Assembly: GCA_017883205.1 (NCBI GenBank)
Contig: JADGNZ010000035.1
Span: forward strand, 444-64,443
Direction: 5' to 3'
DNA length: 64,000 nt
From: Thermoanaerobaculia bacterium
GTDB taxonomy: Bacteria > Acidobacteriota > Thermoanaerobaculia > Gp7-AA8
Part shown: positions 57,200-64,000 of the stretch, one piece after another
Layout: every line of letters starts with the position of its first letter
How positions within the stretch are numbered: the first letter of the stretch is position 1
Made by a program: the position numbers and the translations under genes
The notes under the pieces: generated by a model
What the model was told of the DNA's origin: nothing
The model's input: the letters and a program-made list of their open reading frames with translations, nothing else
Databases searched by the model: none

Positions 57200-59130
57200 C
57201 GCGCTCCCTCCGCAAGAGTGAGCACGACCTGATGATCGATCGGCAGGGCTTCGCCGGGCATGGGTTGTTGTGTTTGGACCACTCCGCTCCCCGAGGCGCG
57301 AATCCGGAAGCCTGCTGCCGTGGCGCGGGCCAAGGCTGCTCGAGCGTCGAGGCCGCGCAGATCAGGCACTGCCGATCCCGCTGTTGTCGAAGGCTTTTGC
57401 GAAAACGTGGCCAGCGTCGGAGCGGAAACGTCGATGGTCCGCGCCGGGATGGAGGGAGGAACGCCGAGGTATCGGAGCGTCGACTCGGCGATCTCTTTGA
57501 AGGCGGGGGCGGCCACCGTGCCGCCGTACTCCTCCCCCTTCGGCTCATCGACCATGACCAGGATGACCAGGCGCGGGCGGTCCGCGGGAACGTAACCTGC
57601 GAACGACACGAACACCTTGTCTTGCGAGTAGCCTCCCCGCACCGCCTTCTGTGCCGTGCCCGTCTTGCCCGCGACAACATGCTCCGCAAGCGCCGCGCGC
57701 ATGCCCGTTCCTCTGGAGACGACCGACTTGAGAATCTCGTTCAGAACAGCAGCGGTCTTTTCGGAGATGACGCGCACCGGCGCGGCGACGGGCGGCAGAT
57801 CGACGATGTTTCCGTTGGCGTCGGTGACCTTGTCGATGATGCGAGGCTGCACGCGGAGGCCGCCATTCGCAACCGCGGCCATGGCGCTGACGACTTGCAG
57901 TGGCGTCACGCTGACTTCCTGCCCGATCGAAAGCGAGGCATTGGAAAGCTGCGACCACTGTTCGGTGCGCCGCACGCGTCCCGAGGCCTCACCGGGAAGC
58001 GCGATCCCGCTTCGTTCTCCAAATCCGAAGCGCCGGATGTAGCGATAGAAACGGTCCGGTCCCAACACCAGACCGACCCGGATCGCGCCGACGTTCGACG
58101 AGTGCGTCATGACGTCTTCGAACGTGATGAGCCCGTAACGATTGTGGCCGTGCTCGTGGATCTGCGTGGAGCCGATCTGAATGTAACCATCCGCGCAGTC
58201 GATGATCTGCGACGGTGTCACTACGCCTTCTTCGAGTCCCGCGGACGCGGTCACGATTTTGAATGTCGAGCCGGGCTCGTAGGTGTCCTGCACGGCGCGG
58301 TTCTTTCGCGCGTCAGGCGGAAAATCGGGGAACCGATTCGGATCGAACGATGGATTGGAAGCCATCGCCAGAATGCGGCCATCGCGCGGATCCATGACGA
58401 TGGCCACACCGTCGAGCGCGTGATACTGGTCGACGACCCGGCCAAGCGCGCGTTCGGCGATGAACTGCACCACAGAGTCGATCGTGAGGTAGACGTCCTT
58501 GCCGTCGATCGGCCGGTTCGGCCCTTCACCGCCGACCTGGTACATACCGCGCCGCGCGTCGCGCAACAATGTGATGCGGCCAGCCCGTCCGCGAACCTGC
58601 GCGTCGAACGAGTGCTCGATACCGCCAAGACCTTCGCCGTCGAGCCCGACGTATCCGACGACATTCGCTGCCAGCATTCCGCGCGGATAGGAGCGCCGAT
58701 GTTCTTCGAGGTAGTAGATGCCGGGAAGGCGGAGCGCTTTCACCGCAGCGCTGACTTCGAGCGGCAGTTGGCGCGCGATCCAGACGAAACCACCGCCGGA
58801 ATCCAGCTTCGTGTTCAGCTCCGCTGCGCTCATGTGCAACGCGGCAACGCTGGCCAGCGCCTTCGCAGTTTGCGCGGGATCGCCGATGGCTTGCGGATCG
58901 GCATAGATCGATTCGGCGGCAACGCTCTCCGCGAGGACGCGCTGCCGGCTGTCGAAGATCGAGCCGCGCACGGGCTGAAGAGCGAGCGTCCTCTCCTGCT
59001 GTCGTTGCGCTTTGACCACGTAGTCACCGTGGCGCACGAGCTGGACCTGCGCCAGACGGGCGATCACGATCAACGCCCATGCGGCGAGGAAGGCGAAGAG
59101 CTGCAGGAGACGCTTTTGCGAGACTGGCAT
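57196..59130 (-). CDS. ftsI: Peptidoglycan D,D-transpeptidase FtsI (PBP3) with C-terminal PASTA domain
   Basis: Transmembrane helix, STFK (SxxK), SSN, KTGT motifs. C-terminal VPDLRGLDARAALARATAAGFRIRASG is PASTA-like. Confidence 0.9.
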   Translation of the reverse strand: MPVSQKRLLQLFAFLAAWALIVIARLAQVQLVRHGDYVVKAQRQQERTLALQPVRGSIFDSRQRVLAESVAAESIYADPQAIGDPAQTAKALASVAALHMSAAELNTKLDSGGGFVWIARQLPLEVSAAVKALRLPGIYYLEEHRRSYPRGMLAANVVGYVGLDGEGLGGIEHSFDAQVRGRAGRITLLRDARRGMYQVGGEGPNRPIDGKDVYLTIDSVVQFIAERALGRVVDQYHALDGVAIVMDPRDGRILAMASNPSFDPNRFPDFPPDARKNRAVQDTYEPGSTFKIVTASAGLEEGVVTPSQIIDCADGYIQIGSTQIHEHGHNRYGLITFEDVMTHSSNVGAIRVGLVLGPDRFYRYIRRFGFGERSGIALPGEASGRVRRTEQWSQLSNASLSIGQEVSVTPLQVVSAMAAVANGGLRVQPRIIDKVTDANGNIVDLPPVAAPVRVISEKTAAVLNEILKSVVSRGTGMRAALAEHVVAGKTGTAQKAVRGGYSQDKVFVSFAGYVPADRPRLVILVMVDEPKGEEYGGTVAAPAFKEIAESTLRYLGVPPSIPARTIDVSAPTLATFSQKPSTTAGSAVPDLRGLDARAALARATAAGFRIRASGSGVVQTQQPMPGEALPIDHQVVLTLAEGAR

Positions 59131-59516
59131 CAGCGGGAACCTGCGGGGGTGGGTTGTGGGGGGTGGGGAGTGGGAGCAGAATCCGGCGGCGGTGACTGGA
59201 CCATCACGACCACGCGCGGATCGGTGTGCTGGAAACCGAGCTCCGTGGCGCGCTGTTCGACGGCGCCGAGCGAGGTGCGACGATCGAGCTCGAGCTGCAG
59301 CGCACGGTTCGCGTTCTCGATCTCCTGTTTCTTCTTCTGCAGGCGCGTCGCTTCGTGTCCGAGACGAATCACCTCGAGGTTCTGCCAGGTGAAGAGCAGG
59401 AGGAAAAGTCCGATCGGAACTCCCAGGCCAAGAACGGCAAGCAGCTCACGGAAGCGCTTGCGGTCGCGCTCGCGAACGATGTGGGAGTTTTCGATCGATT
59501 TCTTCTGCGCGTACAT
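59130..59516 (-). CDS. ftsL: Cell division protein FtsL with a Pro-rich C-terminal tail
   Basis: Transmembrane helix LLAVLGLGVPIGLFLLLF plus coiled-coil. The stop overlaps the ftsI start (ATGA). The tail PPPDSAPTPHPPQPTPAGSR is encoded by the C-rich strand of a G-tract repeat. Confidence 0.7.
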   Translation of the reverse strand: MYAQKKSIENSHIVRERDRKRFRELLAVLGLGVPIGLFLLLFTWQNLEVIRLGHEATRLQKKKQEIENANRALQLELDRRTSLGAVEQRATELGFQHTDPRVVVMVQSPPPDSAPTPHPPQPTPAGSR

Positions 59517-59544
59517 GCGGGGAACCTTTTCCGGGGGACGTCAC

Positions 59545-59692
59545 GGAGCCAGGGAACAAGGGTGAAGATCTGCCTACAAGCACGACCCGGAAACCATCCA
59601 CACCCACCCACGCTCCCCCAGCCACCCCTCCCGAGCTCCCGCGGCGCACACACGCCCACCCTTCCCCAACCTTCACCCTTGTTTCCGGGCTC
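59545..59692. repeat. Large stem-loop GAGCCAGGGAACAAGGGTGAAG...CTTCACCCTTGTTTCCGGGCTC with C-tract-rich loop
   Basis: 22-bp perfect inverted repeat separated by about 105 nt, between rsmH and ftsL. Confidence 0.75.
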
Positions 59693-59745
59693 CGGTTTAC
59701 TGCGCGCTCCAGCTCCTTCGACTCCGAGCTACGAGCACTTACCTG

Positions 59746-60696
59746 TCAGCTCTCCGCGACTTCCTGAGAGCTGACAGCTAAGAGCTTCTCCGCAACTCGC
59801 AACTTCGCGCTGCGCGACCGCGGATTGCGATCAATTTCTTCCTCCGAAGCAGTGACCGGACGGCTTGTCAGAATCTTCACGACCTCTTTCGCACCGCACC
59901 CGCAGACCGGCAGGTTCGGGGGACAGGTGCACTCCCCTTCCAACCGCCGCAATGCACGTTTGACGATGCGATCCTCGAGTGAATGGAACGCGATGATTGC
60001 GATGCGCGCTCCCCTTTCCAGAACGCTGACGGCGTCATCAACGAACTTGTCGAGTCCCACCAACTCCTCGTTTGCGGCGATGCGAAGCGCCTGGAACGTG
60101 AGCGTCGATGGATCGATCTCGCGAAACCGCGGCTTCTTCACGCTCCGCACGATCTCCGCGAGCCGTGCCGTCGTTTCGATCGGCCCCTCGGCACGCGCAT
60201 TGACGATCGCTCGAGCGATGCCGCGCGCCATCGGCTCTTCGCCGTATTCGCGCAGGATCGTCGCGAGCTCGCGCTCGCCGAGCGTGTTGACCAGCTCCGC
60301 GGCTGTCGTCGACTCCGGCCCCATCCGCATGTCGAGCGGCGCGTCGTAGCGGAATGAGAATCCGCGCGATGCGTCATCCAATTGCATAGACGAGACGCCG
60401 AGGTCGGCGAGAAGTCCGCTGACCGACTCGATCTTCTGCTTCTTCAGGATGTCAATGAGCGTCTCGTGGCGGCCCTGTGCGAGCGTCACGCGGTCTCCGA
60501 ATTTCTCCAGCCTCGCTGCCGACGCGGTCAGCGCCGCCGGATCGCGGTCGATGCCCAGGAGCCGGATCGATGGGTAGCGCGTCAGCAGTGCTTCCGCGTG
60601 TCCACCGAGCCCGATCGTGGCATCGACGAGCGTTCCGTCATCGCGCGAGGGACGGAGAAACTCGACGATTTCGCTTAAAAGAACCGACTGGTGCAT
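59746..60696 (-). CDS. rsmH: 16S rRNA (cytosine1402-N4)-methyltransferase RsmH (MraW)
   Basis: HQSVLLSEIVEFL...DATIGLGGHAEALL...LLADLGVSSMQLD. Confidence 0.9.
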   Translation of the reverse strand: MHQSVLLSEIVEFLRPSRDDGTLVDATIGLGGHAEALLTRYPSIRLLGIDRDPAALTASAARLEKFGDRVTLAQGRHETLIDILKKQKIESVSGLLADLGVSSMQLDDASRGFSFRYDAPLDMRMGPESTTAAELVNTLGERELATILREYGEEPMARGIARAIVNARAEGPIETTARLAEIVRSVKKPRFREIDPSTLTFQALRIAANEELVGLDKFVDDAVSVLERGARIAIIAFHSLEDRIVKRALRRLEGECTCPPNLPVCGCGAKEVVKILTSRPVTASEEEIDRNPRSRSAKLRVAEKLLAVSSQEVAES

Positions 60697-60702
60697 GACA
60701 TC

Positions 60703-61137
60703 TCACACACCGTGCAACTCCAACTCTTTCCAATCCTCGGCGCTCATCGGCGTCTCGGACATCCGCTGCTGGATCTTTTCGCCGTTCTCGACGATGAGGT
60801 GGTCCGTGTTCCCGAGGACGACGACGTCTTCGGTGATGCCGGCGACGTTGCGAAGGATCGTCGGGATCAACACCCGCCCCTGCGCATCGATCGTTGCCGC
60901 GTGGCCGAAGAAGTTCACCTTTTCCATCAACTTGTTCTTCGCCATCGACGACGACGGCACTTTGGAAAGGCGTCCCTGGTACGCGTACCAGACCGCCATG
61001 GGATAGATGAGAGCCCGCTCTCCGTCCATCGAAGTGATGAAGCACTCGGAGCCGTGCTGCTCTTCAATGAGCTTGCGGAAGTTCGAGGGGATCTTGAGAC
61101 GACCCTTCTCGTCGACCTTCGCCGGGGCATGCCCCAT
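60703..61137 (-). CDS. mraZ: Transcriptional regulator MraZ
   Basis: Two MraZ repeats with DEKGRLKIP and DAQGRVLIP. The start is uncertain: 61137 (MGHAPAK), or 61155. Confidence 0.8.
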   Translation of the reverse strand: MGHAPAKVDEKGRLKIPSNFRKLIEEQHGSECFITSMDGERALIYPMAVWYAYQGRLSKVPSSSMAKNKLMEKVNFFGHAATIDAQGRVLIPTILRNVAGITEDVVVLGNTDHLIVENGEKIQQRMSETPMSAEDWKELELHGV

Positions 61138-61191
61138 CAAGACTGGCTCGACCATTTCCGCTCTGACTTTCGTGTTTCGAAGGCTCCTTGT

Positions 61192-61227
61192 ACCACTACC
61201 GACCACTACTGTCCACAAAAATCCACT
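61192..61227. promoter_or_regulatory. Putative MraZ operator: four GTGGW boxes at exact 10-bp phasing (seen as CCAC on the plus strand)
   Basis: Plus strand reads taCCACtaccgaCCACtactgtCCACaaaaatCCACtcac. The mraZ strand reads GTGGA-N5-GTGGA-N5-GTGGT-N5-GTGGT. This resembles the E. coli MraZ TGGGN direct repeats with 5-nt spacers. Confidence 0.5.
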
Positions 61228-61274
61228 CACGGTAGAAAAAAGGGGGGAGATCGCTCTCTCCCCTTAACGGACCC

Positions 61275-61357
61275 GCGCTTCAGCGGCGTGGCCCGCGACG
61301 CGGAACGGTAAGGCACTTGCGAGGCGGCAACCCAGCGGGCCACGTCCGCTGAAAGCG
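61275..61357. repeat. Hairpin GCGCTTCAGCGGCGTGGCCCGC...GCGGGCCACGTCCGCTGAAAGCG (plus a small GGGGGGAGA/TCTCTCCCC hairpin at 61251-61272)
   Basis: Approx 22-bp imperfect inverted repeat with a 38-nt loop, downstream of a minus-strand hypothetical gene and upstream of the dcw promoter region. Confidence 0.7.
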
Positions 61358-61361
61358 GCAC

Positions 61362-61793
61362 TTATGGCGTCTGGCCTCTGAGAAGAGTACCGGCATTTCG
61401 TTCGAGAACCAGTGCTACGACGGCACCCAGATCTCGCATCCCACGCAATACAAATACCTTCTGGCGACCTGCGGAGAAGACAACATAGCCGCTATTCCAC
61501 TCCCGAGCGTCAATCTCCCGGATATCAGTGATCGCGATATCAAAGTGTCGTTGAGGCACAACGAAAATCAACTTGCCTTCATCGACAAGCACACTTCTCG
61601 GAACAGACAAGAAGGACCACCAAGCCAACGGAACCATGACCGTGCCGAGTATCCAGAGAACCACCGGAACGTGCTGGCCTGCGAGAGCCTCGACGGCCAC
61701 GCCGGCATAACCCGCAGTCACGACGGCTGGTGCTAGCCACAAAAACAAGTGTTGCAACCTCGTTGTCGTCGCCTGCACGTGTCTGCCGCCCAA
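61362..61793 (-). CDS. Hypothetical membrane protein (two transmembrane helices plus a PH-like domain)
   Basis: LFLWLAPAVVTAGYAGVAVEAL / VVLWILGTVMVPLAWWSFL helices, then a bPH-like region. The start is uncertain. Confidence 0.4.
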   Translation of the reverse strand: MGGRHVQATTTRLQHLFLWLAPAVVTAGYAGVAVEALAGQHVPVVLWILGTVMVPLAWWSFLSVPRSVLVDEGKLIFVVPQRHFDIAITDIREIDAREWNSGYVVFSAGRQKVFVLRGMRDLGAVVALVLERNAGTLLRGQTP

Positions 61794-61948
61794 CGTTCAA
61801 AAGTCAGCGGCGCTGTGCCGCACGCCGAATGGTAACGTACTTGGGACCCAGCAGGTTGCGGCACAGCGTCCGCTGGACCGCAAAATTGGGCTTCGCGTCC
61901 TCGCGTCATCGTGGAGCGCCGCATGATCGTTGGACATCGAGCTCGTTC

Positions 61949-62335
61949 TTAGATCGGCGGGAACTGATCTCCCTCCCGGATGGTGTAGCCATAGCAGGAT
62001 GCACCAACGAAGCTGACTCCTGCCAGGACCGCTCCTTCGAAGTCGACGTCCTCGACTGCTGCGAGTTCGAACGACGCGCCGGTGAGATCAGCGCCCCGGA
62101 AGCTCGCACACTTGACGTTGCACTCTCGAAAGCTTGTGCCGCGTAGGCTGGCCCCTTCGAAATTGGTGCTTGAGAACCAAGACCACTTTTCGAACGATGC
62201 GCCGTCCAAAGCGGCGCCCGAAAGATCGGCATCACTCAGTTCAGTGTTCGGGAAGTTTCGCTCCCCGCAGGAGTACCGTCGCAGCAACTCTTCGGGGCTC
62301 GCGGGCGGCCGGTAGTCCTGTGGCATGTCAGACAT
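61949..62335 (-). CDS. Pentapeptide-repeat protein
   Basis: Repeated A(D/N)L(S/T)GA-type pentapeptides: ADLSGAALDGASFE..ASLRGTSFRECNVKCASFRGADLTGASFELAAVEDVDFEGAVLAGVSF. Confidence 0.7.
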   Translation of the reverse strand: MSDMPQDYRPPASPEELLRRYSCGERNFPNTELSDADLSGAALDGASFEKWSWFSSTNFEGASLRGTSFRECNVKCASFRGADLTGASFELAAVEDVDFEGAVLAGVSFVGASCYGYTIREGDQFPPI

Positions 62336-62364
62336 TCCCATGTTCGCGACGCCCATCTTCCCGT

Positions 62365-64000
62365 TCAGTCCCCGATCGGCGGGCCGGGCGGCACCTCGGG
62401 TAGCTTCGGTTGTGCGCGCGGCTGATCCGGACGAGCGAGAAAGCGCTCGATGTCGTCGCGCATGGCGTGGCGATGCGCGACCTCGGCCTCATCGCGAATT
62501 CCGGCGTCGGTAAGCTTCGCCGCCAGCCGGCGCAGTCCCTCGCTCGCCTCGGCGCGCACTTGGGGATCGGCGTCGGCGTTCGCAGCGAGGTTCATCAGCC
62601 GCGTCGCTGCCAGGCGTGCCGAGGCGCGCGTGATCGCCCCGCGGTAGCCGCTTTCGCGTCTCGTGACGGTCGTGATGACATCGTTGACGACCTCGTTGAA
62701 ATCGGGATTCGCAGCATCCTCGGCGTGAAATTGCACGAGCCGCGCGGCGCGGCGGGCATCGAGCAGCGCGGCGAGCGTGATATCGGCCGACGCCATCGCC
62801 GCGCTGACCGGATCGAACGCCGGCGTCGTGTGGTGCTCGAACAGTTCCGTGTCGCTGGTGACGTCGACATTCCCGCGCGGCGGGATGAGCCCGAGGATGC
62901 GCGGCGGAATCTCGAGAAACGCAGGATCGAGGGTCGACAGCACCACGTTCAGTGCCTCGCGTTGCGCCGCGGCAGGAACGATGCGCCGCGTCGGCGTCGG
63001 CACCAGCCCCCCCTCCTCTTTCACGCTGTAGCGGTAATCGAGACCGCCGATCGACTTCGCCGCCGCCTCGAGCTGATAGCGATGATGCAGGTAGAGCGGC
63101 ACGAGCATCTCTTCGAGCTGCGCCAGCGGCGTCCCCATGGGAATGTTGCGCAGTCCGAACTGCGAGAGAGCGATGCGGCGCACTTCGATCTCGTGGCGCA
63201 GCATGGCAACGTTGTTTCCCGGCGAATCCCACACCGAGGCATCCGGATGCGCGGCACTGACCGGGCGCGACTCCGGATCGGTAATGAAGAGCGGCGCCTC
63301 GCGGACGATGCGGTCGAGCTCCTGCTCTTCGTTCGCGCCCGGCGCAAACTGCGCGTAGGCGTAGCGGATCACCCACTTGTCGTACGAGCCGATGCTCTTC
63401 GTGTAGGCATCGGACAGGTCAAGCTTTCCATCTGTGATCTTCACGTACGGCGACGGATAGTCCATGACCGAGGCGCGGCCGAAGCTGGAGGCGGCCATGT
63501 TGTGATCGAGGCCGAGCGTGTGACCGGTCTCGTGCGCGGCGAGCTGGCGGATGCGCGCGAGCGCCATCATCGACGGCGACGTCGCAGGATCGAGATCTGA
63601 CAGTGCCTTGTCATGCAGCTCATCGAACTGCGGGATCATCCCCTCGGCGAGCATCACATCCTGGCGGATGCGCAGCGATCCGAGCGTAACGTTGCCCTTG
63701 ATGATCTCGCCGGTTCGCGGATCGATGACCGCCGCGCCATAGGACCAGCCGCGTTGGGCGCGATGCACCCAGTTGATCATGTTGTAGCGAAGGTCCATCG
63801 GATCGGCGTCGGGCGGCAGCACCTTCACCTGAAACGCATTCTTGAAACCGGCGGCTTCGAAGGCGGCGCTCCACCACGAAACGCCTTCCAGCAACGCGCT
63901 GCGAATCGGTTCCGGCGCGCCGGCGTCGACGTAGTAGACGATCGGCTCGACCGGCTCGGAAACGGCGGCGCTGGGATCTTTCTTGATCAAACGATGCCGC
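62365..64000 (-). CDS. Zinc-dependent metalloprotease (HExxH; DUF4953-like), 5' end beyond window
   Basis: HETGHTLGLDHNMAAS zincin motif. The frame remains open to position 64000, so the N-terminus lies outside the window. Confidence 0.75.
   Translation of the reverse strand, partial: RHRLIKKDPSAAVSEPVEPIVYYVDAGAPEPIRSALLEGVSWWSAAFEAAGFKNAFQVKVLPPDADPMDLRYNMINWVHRAQRGWSYGAAVIDPRTGEIIKGNVTLGSLRIRQDVMLAEGMIPQFDELHDKALSDLDPATSPSMMALARIRQLAAHETGHTLGLDHNMAASSFGRASVMDYPSPYVKITDGKLDLSDAYTKSIGSYDKWVIRYAYAQFAPGANEEQELDRIVREAPLFITDPESRPVSAAHPDASVWDSPGNNVAMLRHEIEVRRIALSQFGLRNIPMGTPLAQLEEMLVPLYLHHRYQLEAAAKSIGGLDYRYSVKEEGGLVPTPTRRIVPAAAQREALNVVLSTLDPAFLEIPPRILGLIPPRGNVDVTSDTELFEHHTTPAFDPVSAAMASADITLAALLDARRAARLVQFHAEDAANPDFNEVVNDVITTVTRRESGYRGAITRASARLAATRLMNLAANADADPQVRAEASEGLRRLAAKLTDAGIRDEAEVAHRHAMRDDIERFLARPDQPRAQPKLPEVPPGPPIGD

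Noticed and set aside
59140-59200. G-tract hairpin element overlapping ftsL
   Set aside because: The matching C-rich arm at 59585-59650 is only loosely complementary. The G/C-rich sequence is in frame, coding for the FtsL Pro-rich tail up to the ATGA junction with ftsI. It is treated as coding sequence, not as a discrete hairpin.

Overview
High-GC (roughly 60-65% by eye) bacterial chromosomal window. Gene content and repeat style suggest a soil Acidobacteriota-like organism, but this is inference only.

Most of the window is housekeeping:
- DUF2911 protein, ddl, two thioredoxin-fold redoxins, a PAP2 phosphatase translationally coupled to a GT39/ArnT-like glycosyltransferase
- psd-pssA, a Cys-less Asd paralog, bcp
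- an ECF sigma / anti-sigma / secreted-protein operon
- aminotransferase, prmA, ppa, a VapBC toxin-antitoxin pair
- hrcA-grpE-dnaK-dnaJ with a CIRCE-like operator
- threonine dehydratase, rarA, a YciA-like thioesterase, ppiD
- mreB-mreC-mreD-mrdA, an Hsp15-like protein, HU, guaA
- a complete minus-strand dcw cluster: mraZ-rsmH-ftsL-ftsI-murE-murF-mraY-murD-ftsW-murG-murC-ftsQ-ftsA-ftsZ, with phased GTGG MraZ-box-like repeats upstream

The stand-out accessory locus lies at 26.8-31.3 kb, between rarA and the thioesterase. It is a translationally coupled two-gene module: a TIR-domain protein with two further Rossmann-like modules, followed by a large P-loop STAND NTPase. The NTPase starts with a typical 'GLxPF...FFGRE...GxSGSGKSS' N-terminus and carries a predicted transmembrane helix, in-frame tandem DNA repeats, a coiled-coil and a cold-shock-like C-terminal OB fold. 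Directly after it come a diverged 3' fragment of a second thioesterase gene and an array of 12 palindromic 22-bp iteron-like units. This reads as a candidate defence/signalling island inserted at a disrupted thioesterase paralog.

The whole window also carries about 20 intergenic hairpin elements. Their arms are built from 2-4 tandem 6-9-bp subrepeats, every element has a different sequence, and several have canonical G-quadruplex arms. There is also one MITE-like element with 60-bp terminal inverted repeats and a solo copy, and a 4.5-copy 41-bp tandem repeat.

I recognised no rRNA, tRNA, CRISPR array, integrase or transposase.
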